A stretch of DNA of 64,000 nucleotides from an uncultured Candidatus Cloacimonadota bacterium (GTDB lineage Bacteria; Cloacimonadota; Cloacimonadia; Cloacimonadales; JAJBBL01). A program made the translations under genes and the position numbers. The stretch covers positions 1,498-65,497 of the forward strand of contig CAYXFD010000015.1 of NCBI GenBank assembly GCA_964464175.1, given 5' to 3'. Every line of letters begins with the position of its first letter. Position 1 is the first letter of the stretch. Positions 50,101 to 58,167 of this stretch are shown in pieces. Below the pieces are notes generated by a model that was not told where the DNA came from, searched no databases, and was given only the letters and a program-made list of their open reading frames with translations.

Positions 50101-51014
50101 GAGTATTCATCGCTATCAATTAGATCAAACAGATTATCTTGAGCAAATTCCACCGATTTGGCTGGAGAAAAGTAATCCCCTTCATCCATTCTTTCCAGGC
50201 TATAGGCAATATTCTCTATCGCATCATACTCGAAGTACGATCTCAATATCTCGTCCTCTTCAACTACATTCAGAATATCAGAAAAATCCTCAATAGCTTC
50301 GGTGAAACGTCCCGTGCTGAAGTTAGCCCAGCCTCTTTGATACAAACCAAAATAACGGTAATCATCTTTGTCTTTTTCGACTACCTGATTCAGCAAATTC
50401 TTTGCCCGTTCATAATACTCTCTCGGCACATCTGCATCCAAACCAATTTCATAGAGCAAGACAGCCAGTCGATAGATACTCTCGGAATGATATCTTGATT
50501 CAGGAAAACGTTCGATTATCTCCTTGTAGGAATCTACAGCCTCTTTCAGACTCGCTTCCGATAATCTGTACTCACCTTCCCAGGTTAAGATTGGCTCTAT
50601 TCTCTCCTCTTCCTGCAACTTGCGGATATACTCCGCTCTTCGTTGATCACGTTGTTTTTTGGCATAGTCGGAAGAGTAGAAGGCAATATTGTAGAGAATG
50701 ACATCACGCATGGGATGATAAGGATTGATCTCTAAGACTTTCTGATAATTCTTCAGTACTTTTTCCGGCTCGGTCAGGTAGATCTCCGAACTCAGTTCTG
50801 CTAATTTCAAATAAAGCTCATCAATGTTGTTATAATCGGGATGCTTTTCGATAAAATCTTCGATTGCTTCATATACCTGATGTTTATACGTCAAATTATT
50901 ATCATAGATCCGAAGAAGTTCCTTTTCCGAAGCAAACAAACTTGCCGCACCAAATACAAATATGAATAACAGTCCGAGTAATAACGACAGACGACCATTG
51001 TTATGTTTCATCAT
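47103..51014 (-). CDS. Large exported acidic TPR protein (GltD/AgmU-like) with C-terminal jelly-roll domain
   Basis: Signal peptide, TPR-like repeats ('DVILYNIAFY', 'SIYRLAVLLY', 'YQRGWANF'), beta-rich C-terminus. Confidence 0.75.
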   Translation of the reverse strand: MMKHNNGRLSLLLGLLFIFVFGAASLFASEKELLRIYDNNLTYKHQVYEAIEDFIEKHPDYNNIDELYLKLAELSSEIYLTEPEKVLKNYQKVLEINPYHPMRDVILYNIAFYSSDYAKKQRDQRRAEYIRKLQEEERIEPILTWEGEYRLSEASLKEAVDSYKEIIERFPESRYHSESIYRLAVLLYEIGLDADVPREYYERAKNLLNQVVEKDKDDYRYFGLYQRGWANFSTGRFTEAIEDFSDILNVVEEDEILRSYFEYDAIENIAYSLERMDEGDYFSPAKSVEFAQDNLFDLIDSDEYSDSIIRRVIELKLDLNAPFHAVNYMEAFLEMFPLAPENPMIVDSMATMYQRYSYMITDEEEVRNRVYAQKEKLITAFHVDTEWYQHNSQNDISEQIELIRSAYEFLQPRYFNRFVTDRSDDSFAEYREFVARYQEFPEFSDERGEKWLKQAQNSIVSGALDFAQSKEEPFYYLQAYQIITDFNEMYPDNDDYLEYEFSKFLVIENLYTQLNDQLEEEPYSNEEKDLTISKEDLSDIYITSTQGFIDTFSDPEIIEDYLEDIIGAYYKRSLIYLDKEMYSEAEADMLALLDLEISSELKREVYVNLADINRTRGDYLQAENYFRSAADFALDEDDRQNIGNNYRRLMQEQANTLAADSSYVEAAQEYLRLAEEFRTTDVSRFVGLTHEAINSYVKAQEYETAIDLLIGLSEYRSEPQEAYFLYVSAWDIADTLMSDKILRDEIRHEYVEKYPASNQAYRTRYEIIEELAREEETKYRAADMLLELHEDAVAGRIDHGDDNTEDIYYDAINLYHDSEDKEFLVSLMLGFTERYSEDPRTDGLLEYVAGQYLEMDMQEEFEELARYIFQRNPDSKLYENIARNRILEKYDDIVELLSEEKFDEMFAAIEEFRDLDRQFREENLVLDLEDFYLDFEDFRFTVERIREYRAFLVAFERTLDEIEENFVNAEPNDLIRVNQHTTWMEHMAGGVKRLDGIITEADKQRDTIMGLLVQARDYEEGVSLELNTRAIYLIGRVYDYAAEVVDIQMERFYNVSNQMRELRDYDEDEYNVYIDSFNVNYREPYVNFLRYESAGWYNNLVTNFVYNLEYSDQFTEAAMERLGDWGLLTERMYLYSNNDWLAARSDLIDNLDMADWNTAAIVSEVSRLKEMIGMDETEAVPIWLSAAETEIAEPDTLNLDSEVEAREEKAYFMRNFEVDGEVVEASLSFVAYDTSMIMLNGYSIVSEPEIVYDEELEKSYYIHNINIPIENFVVGQNTILIETDGSADDQAIIFNMEVMVSKR

Positions 51015-53068
51015 TCGTCCTCCCCTTCAGAAAAAGCCCTTTCATCCTGCTCCATCAAATACCGGTACTCCTGATTTCTTCTGATGTTTTCCTGGAAAAG
51101 AATATCTAACAATGCATACTCATATCCCTGATTGATCTGCTCAATGTCGCTTCTGGTTTCCTTTATACTTTTCAGTATTGTTGTATGTGTCGGTTCACTC
51201 TCCTGGAATGACTCGATATTCATTCTCTCAATTCTATCTGCCATTCGTTCGTGATAAGATTCAGCAGCCTGAGCTTTCATGGAGATCAGGCTTGTTCTGG
51301 TTTCGGTGACAGTTGCCATCTCCTGCATTATGTCATTCACATAAGGATCCTCCTGATCAATGTAGCCAAACATCAGATCTGCCTCTTCCTTATAAAGATC
51401 CAAAGTCTCTGCTACAAGTGATTTGTCATGCTCTGACAATCTCTCCTTATTATCTTCCAAAAAATTCTGGTAATAGACTATTCTTGTAGCTATTGATCTC
51501 GCTTCTGCTGCTCTCGCGTCCAGCCATTTCTTTCGTTCCGACATGTATAAATGTCTGGCATAAGCAGTATTACCCCGTCCTCTGACAGATTGAGGAACAA
51601 ATTCATCCATTACATTATTAACATACACCTCAGTCAAAAGATCGACTTTCAATGTATCCAGATCATAGATTTGATACTGGATTTGCCTGACTATCGGGTC
51701 ATTCGGTCTGGTTCTTACAATCTTGGCAAGTTCGTAAGTCTCCGCAATAACTTCCAGTAAGCCGACATATTCTTCATTGATCATCTTATTGACATTAAGT
51801 GTGTACCAATCAATTCCGAAAACTTCCAGATTCGTTTTCCTCTGAGTAATCTCTTCATATTGAAATATATTGTTGAACAGCTGATCTATTACTTCCAGAT
51901 TATCTTCGTAAACTATCTCTTCTACACGATCTCTCATTCTTTCAATGAGTTTGGTTTCATATTCCAGAAAAGTATGATAGGTCCTGTTAGTAAATAAAAC
52001 ATCACTGATAATATCCTGTGATACCTCAAAACCTTCGGTAAATACTTTAATCCCGGCTATCTGTGTCAGAGCCTTTTCGTATATCGGACTCTGTTCTGCA
52101 TATTCAATAATCTGCTCCAGATAAGACAATGCCCTGTCATAATCACCCAGAGCATAATAGATCAAAGAAATCTCATATAACAGCTCATCAGTCAGCTGAT
52201 TATCGATTATGTTAACGTATTGTTCATAGTACTGCAGAGACTGGACAAAGTTACCCTGCTCTCCATAGATACGAGCTAATGTCAGGATCAAAAAGCCATA
52301 GTACTCTTGACTTTGATCATACTGATCTGCTAAACTTTGCAAAATGCCTGTTGCCTGTTCCGTATCAAAGGTGGCATAGGCAATAATTCCCAACATTACC
52401 CGGGAACGGAAACCAAAGTCAGCATTAGTACTCAGATTTTCGAATACCCTCCGGGAATTATCGTATTCCCTGAGATTGAAGTAGGCATGCGCCAACCTGT
52501 AGCTGCTTTGGGGACTTGAGAATTGGGGAAATCTGATATGGAGATTTACAATTTCTCTGTTCAATCCCTCTCTGAAATAAAGAGTATCAAGAAAGCCAAA
52601 AGCCTGCCTGATCTTCGAGGATTGCTGATAATTATCGACAAAGTAAATCAGCTTGTCTTTTGCTTCAGCAAAGTTTTGTTGATAATAATCATAGAGAGCA
52701 TCATAAAATCGGTAGAGATCTTCCACATACTCAATATCTCTGTAAACTATTCTTATCTCCTGATGTTTTCTCTCAATGAACAAAACATCATATTCACTAT
52801 AAGCTGCCTCTAACTCATTAACTACTCTGTTGAAGGACTCTAAGATCAAACCCCGGTGACCTGCTTTCTGATATTGCTCGATCAAATCCTTTTGCTCGGT
52901 AAGATAATTAAGATACTGCAATTCTTCTTCAACACTATCCAGTAATTCCTGTTCGGCTCTTATGTCGGCAAACAATAGATTAGGGTTGGAAAAAAATTTC
53001 CCCGAGATCAGAATTGAACCAATAAATAATATATGTAGAATATAAATTACCTTTCTCATAGTTTCCAT
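51011..53068 (-). CDS. Exported TPR protein with coiled-coil tail (Glt TPR-like)
   Basis: N-terminal hydrophobic leader, TPR repeats ('YRLAHAYFNLREY', 'LLYEISLIYYALGDY'); 4-bp overlap with the next gene. Confidence 0.75.
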   Translation of the reverse strand: METMRKVIYILHILFIGSILISGKFFSNPNLLFADIRAEQELLDSVEEELQYLNYLTEQKDLIEQYQKAGHRGLILESFNRVVNELEAAYSEYDVLFIERKHQEIRIVYRDIEYVEDLYRFYDALYDYYQQNFAEAKDKLIYFVDNYQQSSKIRQAFGFLDTLYFREGLNREIVNLHIRFPQFSSPQSSYRLAHAYFNLREYDNSRRVFENLSTNADFGFRSRVMLGIIAYATFDTEQATGILQSLADQYDQSQEYYGFLILTLARIYGEQGNFVQSLQYYEQYVNIIDNQLTDELLYEISLIYYALGDYDRALSYLEQIIEYAEQSPIYEKALTQIAGIKVFTEGFEVSQDIISDVLFTNRTYHTFLEYETKLIERMRDRVEEIVYEDNLEVIDQLFNNIFQYEEITQRKTNLEVFGIDWYTLNVNKMINEEYVGLLEVIAETYELAKIVRTRPNDPIVRQIQYQIYDLDTLKVDLLTEVYVNNVMDEFVPQSVRGRGNTAYARHLYMSERKKWLDARAAEARSIATRIVYYQNFLEDNKERLSEHDKSLVAETLDLYKEEADLMFGYIDQEDPYVNDIMQEMATVTETRTSLISMKAQAAESYHERMADRIERMNIESFQESEPTHTTILKSIKETRSDIEQINQGYEYALLDILFQENIRRNQEYRYLMEQDERAFSEGEDE

Positions 53069-53148
53069 CCCATAAAATGGCTTGTTAGTGGGTAACTCAT
53101 GCTGCCGAGATCACTATTATGGTCTTTAAGTTTTTTTTTGGATCCGGA

Positions 53149-54093
53149 TTAATCCTCTTCCAACAACAATCTTCTGATCTCTTCCAGTTCTCTTTCAGCC
53201 CTTTCTCTTTGACGTCGGATTCTCTGCAATTCATCGAGGGTTTCCTCGTCTGTTTCCCTTCTGCGGTCTCTGATCTGTGGATCACCGGGTGCCGCTGTTC
53301 TTGGTGTTGGTAAGATCACAGCCCGTTCATCCGGAGAAACATAATGGTCGAAAACATAAGAGAGAGTCAGAGCAAATTTCGGATCACGCCTGCTCCATTC
53401 CTCAACCCGATAGAGATCCACACGGGCAGAAACGTTGTTATTAAAACTATATTCAGCACCCATATTCAAGTTGTGTCCGTCAATCTCAAAAATAGTGGAA
53501 AGATTCCTCATTGGTTCAAACTGGAGAGCTCCAAAAATACCGCTGAACTGCTCTGAAAAATCTACGGTCCCCTGAAAACGATGTGCCCCGGCACCCAATG
53601 TTACCCTTGCCGGGATTTCTCCCATTTCAGGAAAGGCGGTAAAGAGAGTTGTTTTGGATATAGCTACATACATGGAATTACCTCGGTAATTGTGCTCATC
53701 AATCATATCAAGGTAATCTTTCGTATTGGGTTTAGCAGAAACTGTCGAGAAAGCATTATCCAGACCGATGGCTATATCTGGCAGGGTTAATGTCTCTCTT
53801 AATATTCTTCCCTTGAGATGAGCATAATATACTTCATCACCGGTAGCCACAAATCCGATCTCTCCATAATTCAAAATCCCAATATTGACTGCACCTGCCC
53901 AGTTATAGGCAAAATCGTCACCTTTCAGATTATTTTCTGGGTACATGTAGTTATTGATCGAAATTTTCCCCATAAGATGAGGCATAACTCGGGCATCAGG
54001 TACTCTTATATTACCGTAATTTGCAAACGGAAAGGCATTCAAGTATCCAATGAAAACTAAAAAAACGATACAAAACACAAAGCACTTTTTCAT
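53149..54093 (-). CDS. YjbH-like outer-membrane beta-barrel with C-terminal coiled-coil tail
   Basis: Signal peptide, 'GNIRVPDARV', alternating amphipathic strands ('FGALQFEP', 'NLNMGAEYSF', 'FALTLSYVF'), then a Pro-rich linker and an R/E-rich helix. Confidence 0.6.
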   Translation of the reverse strand: MKKCFVFCIVFLVFIGYLNAFPFANYGNIRVPDARVMPHLMGKISINNYMYPENNLKGDDFAYNWAGAVNIGILNYGEIGFVATGDEVYYAHLKGRILRETLTLPDIAIGLDNAFSTVSAKPNTKDYLDMIDEHNYRGNSMYVAISKTTLFTAFPEMGEIPARVTLGAGAHRFQGTVDFSEQFSGIFGALQFEPMRNLSTIFEIDGHNLNMGAEYSFNNNVSARVDLYRVEEWSRRDPKFALTLSYVFDHYVSPDERAVILPTPRTAAPGDPQIRDRRRETDEETLDELQRIRRQRERAERELEEIRRLLLEED

Positions 54094-54732
54094 TTTAACC
54101 CCCTAAGGTTTACTCTGTTATAGAAATTATCTTAAGCCTATAACCTAAGCTCCTAATCTTTTTTTCAGGGTACAAGTCCCTTACAATTAAATTACTTAAC
54201 TGAAAACATCTCAATTTATAGTCTTACCTACACTGCTATCTTTTATACCTGTCAATGGATGTCAAGCTATTTCTCAATATTTTTCTCTCCCTTCTAAATC
54301 AATTGATTTCGGTTTTCGGTTTGCTTTCTTATAATGCTTCTATAGTTAACGATTGTTCTTCTCTACACCGTAAAGTTCTCGTTCCCTGATTATGCAATCT
54401 TCTCATTGTGAGAAAGTCTATTCCCATTGTTTTTTAAAATCGGTCTTCAAGAAATTGCTAAGTCTGGATAGCGGGTTAAGAATAAGCACTTCTCGAGACA
54501 ACTCATATCATGTTTCCGTTAAGAATTGTCTAAGATTACCATGCAAGTAATTTCAGGACTTTACAATTAGAAGACCGTTCTCAGGCAATTCAAAAACTCT
54601 ATCCTTTTGGAGAGAAGTGGCAGGAAAAGAAAAAAACTCCACTTTTAGCGTATCGCTGCAGAGAATAAAAAGAATTGACTAATCATTGTTAGCCACAAAA
54701 TCTGGCAAATAAATATAATTTTAGAGGTTTGT

Positions 54733-56424
54733 ATGAAGAGGATACAATTCAGCAGTAACAAAGAGATAGATTCTCTGCTTAATAATGTAGTTCGTAAGAT
54801 AGACAGCTTTGTCCAGAAGCAGCGTAATAAGATTGAACGCCTGACTAATATTGGTTTAGCCCTCTCCTCCGAAACAGATATTAACGATACCTTTGAGACC
54901 ATTCTGGAGGGTGCCCTCGATTTCACCTCCGCTGATGGAGCTACTCTCTACATTGTCTCGGCTGATAAACAGGAGCTGGAGTTCAAGTTGGTTTATAATC
55001 GTTCTCTTCTGGTAAGATTCGGGGGGAAATCAAAAAAGCCGGTTCCCTGGCCCAGTGTTAAGCTCTACCATAACGGTGATGAAAGAAATCTTAATACCAT
55101 GGTAACCTACGTTTTTCATACAGGGAAAGCGTATGTTGTTGATGATGTATATGAACAGCGGGATTTTGACAATTCGGGAACACTCAAATACGATAAAGAG
55201 AACAATTACCGCTCCAAATCAATGATCGGCGTTCCTCTCAAGAATAATGACGGCGATGTTCTGGGGGTTATTCAGCTTCTGAATGCTACCTCCTCCAACG
55301 GTAAGGTCGTCAGTTTCTCTGAGGAGCAGGTAGTTCTGCTCAAATCATTGGCATCTCAGGCTGCCATTGCTTTGACCAATAAGTCCTTGATTGCTGAGTT
55401 GGAAAGATTGCTGCACGATTTTGTCAAAACGATTGCCTATACACTTGACCAGAAATCCCGCTACTCGGGGAAACATATTTCACGGGTTGCCACATTAACA
55501 GAGATGCTCTCTAATAAAGTCCATGAATGCGAATGTGAAGCCTATAAAGATGTCTCCTTTTCAGAATCTCAGCTGGAAGAGATATCCATGTCGGGCTGGT
55601 TGCACGATATCGGGAAGATCGTAACCCCTGAATACATCATGGACAAATCAACGAAACTGGAAAAGATCATAGATCTCATCGAGATTATCGAGCTTAGATT
55701 TGCCTTAGTAAAGACTGCTGTTGAAAAGAAGATCTTACATTTGCAGCTCGCCGGAAAAGCCCACAAAAAAATTGTTGAGTATGAAAAATTGTTGGCAGGA
55801 TTTGATGACGATCTGGAATTTGTCAGGAAGCTCAATATCGGAGCTGAATTTGTTGAAGATTCGGCCATAGAGAGGTTGAAACGAATCCGGGATTTCAGAT
55901 TTAACGACGGCGACAGGGATTATTATCTGATCTCCGAGGAAGAGCATTTTTTACTTTCGGTCAGAAAAGGAACTCTGAGTCCTCAGGATTTGGTCATAAT
56001 GCGGGAACATGTTGTCAAGACCGACGAAATATTATCGCAGCTCTCCTTTCCGAAGAAGTTCGGGAATCTTCAGCTTTATGCTTCCTCCCATCACGAAAAA
56101 ATCAACGGCAAGGGTTATCCCAAAGGTTTAAAGGGAGAAGAGCTTCCGGTCCAGGCAAGAATAATTGCCATCGCTGATATCTTTGAGGCAATAACTGCTG
56201 CCGACAGACCGTACCGGAAAGGTAACAAACTATCAGCAGCCTTGAAGATCATGGCTTTTATGGTCAGAGATGGGGAACTTGATAATAATCTCTATACTCT
56301 TTTACTGGATTCGGGTCTTTATCTGGAATATGCAAATAAATATCTCAAAAAAGAGCAGATAGACGAAGTAGATATCGAGCAATTAAAAAGTATTGCCGCA
56401 ATGATCAAGTTCGCTTCCAATTAA
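54733..56424 (+). CDS. GAF + HD-GYP cyclic di-GMP phosphodiesterase
   Basis: GAF 'ADGATLYI...KSMIGVPLKN...GVIQLLN'; 'LHDIGK'; 'HHEKINGKGYP'; 'IADIFEA...RPYR'. Confidence 0.93.
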   Translation: MKRIQFSSNKEIDSLLNNVVRKIDSFVQKQRNKIERLTNIGLALSSETDINDTFETILEGALDFTSADGATLYIVSADKQELEFKLVYNRSLLVRFGGKSKKPVPWPSVKLYHNGDERNLNTMVTYVFHTGKAYVVDDVYEQRDFDNSGTLKYDKENNYRSKSMIGVPLKNNDGDVLGVIQLLNATSSNGKVVSFSEEQVVLLKSLASQAAIALTNKSLIAELERLLHDFVKTIAYTLDQKSRYSGKHISRVATLTEMLSNKVHECECEAYKDVSFSESQLEEISMSGWLHDIGKIVTPEYIMDKSTKLEKIIDLIEIIELRFALVKTAVEKKILHLQLAGKAHKKIVEYEKLLAGFDDDLEFVRKLNIGAEFVEDSAIERLKRIRDFRFNDGDRDYYLISEEEHFLLSVRKGTLSPQDLVIMREHVVKTDEILSQLSFPKKFGNLQLYASSHHEKINGKGYPKGLKGEELPVQARIIAIADIFEAITAADRPYRKGNKLSAALKIMAFMVRDGELDNNLYTLLLDSGLYLEYANKYLKKEQIDEVDIEQLKSIAAMIKFASN

Positions 56425-56635
56425 GCGAACAGTGAATTATTGCTTCACTAAATCCTGGAGAAACAGCCAAACAAGTTAGCAACATTGAGCTTTCTCCACT
56501 TCAGGATTTCCATCAGTTCCCTGCATGATAAAATTGCTTCCTGATTTTTTCTCTTAAGAAACTATTGGATAAGGAGATAGGCTTTATCTGACCTTAAGAA
56601 AACAGTAATCCCGGAGGAAAAAAACAAAAAGAAGG

Positions 56636-56641
56636 TTGACA
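56636..56641 (+). promoter_or_regulatory. Putative -35 box of the tRNA operon
   Basis: TTGACA 44 bp upstream of tRNA-Lys. Confidence 0.55.
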
Positions 56642-56684
56642 AAAAAAGACCCTTTCTGAGTTTGACGAAACAGATGAATCATGT

Positions 56685-56759
56685 GGGCCTGTAACTCAGC
56701 GGTAGAGTATCTGCCTTTTAAGCAGAGAGTCGATGATTCGAATTCATCCAGGCTCACCA
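56685..56759 (+). tRNA. tRNA-Lys (UUU)
   Basis: Acceptor GGGCCTG/CAGGCTC, D-stem ACTC/GAGT, anticodon stem TCTGC/GCAGA with loop CT-TTT-AA, T-loop TTCGAAT, encoded CCA. Confidence 0.95.
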
Positions 56760-56766
56760 TTTTGAT

Positions 56767-56842
56767 GGCCCCTTCGTCTAGTGGCCTAGGACTCCAGATT
56801 TTCATTCTGGCAACAGGGGTTCGATTCCCCTAGGGGTCACCA
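56767..56842 (+). tRNA. tRNA-Glu (UUC)
   Basis: Acceptor GGCCCCT/AGGGGTC, anticodon stem CCAGA/TCTGG with loop TT-TTC-AT, GGTTCGATTCC, encoded CCA. Confidence 0.97.
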
Positions 56843-56854
56843 AAATATTCATCT

Positions 56855-56930
56855 GACCCATTCGTCTAGTGGCCTAGGACTCCAGATTCTCAGTCTGGCA
56901 ACAGGGGTTCGATTCCCCTATGGGTTACCA
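56855..56930 (+). tRNA. tRNA-Glu (CUC)
   Basis: Acceptor GACCCAT/ATGGGTT, anticodon loop TT-CTC-AG, T-arm identical to the UUC copy, encoded CCA. Confidence 0.95.
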
Positions 56931-56935
56931 ATTGC

Positions 56936-56970
56936 ATAGTCATTGCCGGACGGTAATGGCTATTTTTATT
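56936..56970 (+). terminator. Terminator after the tRNA operon
   Basis: ATAGTCATTGCC-GGAC-GGTAATGGCTAT (12 bp including G-U pairs) followed by TTTTATT. Confidence 0.75.
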
Positions 56971-57189
56971 ATAGAGTGTTCTGAGCCCGGAGTTGACGAA
57001 AGAATCATTTTGCTCGAGATAAATTTGTAATAAAATTTCTTCTCGATACGTTAGTCAGTTGTGATGAGTTACGAAAACCGGTAATTGAAAAGAGACAGGT
57101 CTCTTCGATAGTATCCGGAGATAATGGAATAATGATTGTATCTCACAAAACAAGCTTTCAACTAAAACTATTAAGGTTAAGGAGCCAAT

Positions 57190-58167
57190 ATGATTCGAAT
57201 TGATAATTTGACCAAGTATTATGGTTCTGTCAGAGCAGTCAACAGAATCAGCTTTCAAGTCGGTGAGGGTGAGATTCTCGGTTTTCTCGGCCCTAACGGT
57301 GCCGGTAAATCGACAACCCTGAAGATCCTCACCTGCTTTCTGACCCCAACAGAGGGTAATATCTTCATCGATCAGTATAATATCTATGAGAACTCCACCA
57401 AGATCCGGGAACTGATCGGTTATCTTCCTGAAAACAATCCCCTTTATCTCGATATGACAGTCTATGATTATCTCCGTTTTATCGGTGAATTACGGGGTCT
57501 GAGCCAGACGGTTTTTAACAGGAATCTGCGTAATGTTATTGATAAGTGCGGGCTTACCGGAGTTGTCTCGAAACCGATTCATACTTTATCCAAAGGTTAC
57601 AGGCAGAGAGTCGGGATCGCCCAGGCAATTCTCCATGACCCCAAGATCCTGATCCTTGACGAACCAACAGCGGGACTTGATCCCAATCAGATAATGGAGA
57701 TCAGGGACTTGATAAAGGAATTAGGCAAGGAAAAGACCCTGATCCTTTCCAGCCATATCCTGCAAGAGGTTCAGGCTGTCTGTAACCGCATAATCATTAT
57801 CAATAAAGGTGATATTGTCGCCGACGGGACAATAGATGAATTGCAGTCAGCTCTTCAGGGTAAAACGAGGTTAAATCTGGAAGTAATAGCTGAGGGTTTT
57901 GAACCGGAGGAGCTGAAAAGCAGCATTCCCAAACTGGATATCCTCAGTATCTCTGCTAATCCTTATCTGAAAAAGAGAGACGATATAGAGAAGGAACAAC
58001 CCGATAACCTTTATCTTGTTGTTGAATATAACTCTGAGGAAGATTTACGGGAGGTTATCTTCAATTACTTCAAAAACCATAACTGGACAATCCTGGAAAT
58101 GCATAGAGAATTTATGAGTCTGGAAGACTTGTTCAGAACACTCACAATCGAAAGAGGAGTAGCCTGA
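57190..58167 (+). CDS. ABC transporter ATP-binding protein (GldA-like)
   Basis: Walker A 'GPNGAGKST', 'LSKGYRQRVGIAQA', Walker B 'ILDEPT', 'SSHIL'. Confidence 0.93.
   Translation: MIRIDNLTKYYGSVRAVNRISFQVGEGEILGFLGPNGAGKSTTLKILTCFLTPTEGNIFIDQYNIYENSTKIRELIGYLPENNPLYLDMTVYDYLRFIGELRGLSQTVFNRNLRNVIDKCGLTGVVSKPIHTLSKGYRQRVGIAQAILHDPKILILDEPTAGLDPNQIMEIRDLIKELGKEKTLILSSHILQEVQAVCNRIIIINKGDIVADGTIDELQSALQGKTRLNLEVIAEGFEPEELKSSIPKLDILSISANPYLKKRDDIEKEQPDNLYLVVEYNSEEDLREVIFNYFKNHNWTILEMHREFMSLEDLFRTLTIERGVA

Noticed and set aside
54300-54335. Minus-strand 'GCAAACCGAAAACCGAAA' upstream region as a c-di-GMP-I riboswitch
   Set aside because: The P2/P3 pairing and the second GCAAAG element of the GEMM motif are not present.
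56584-56805. 73-aa minus-strand ORF
   Set aside because: It is the antisense shadow of tRNA-Lys and tRNA-Glu.
56685-56930. tRNA 3' ends as an integration site for a prophage or island
   Set aside because: No integrase, no duplicated tRNA 3' fragment elsewhere in the window, and the flanking genes look like backbone.
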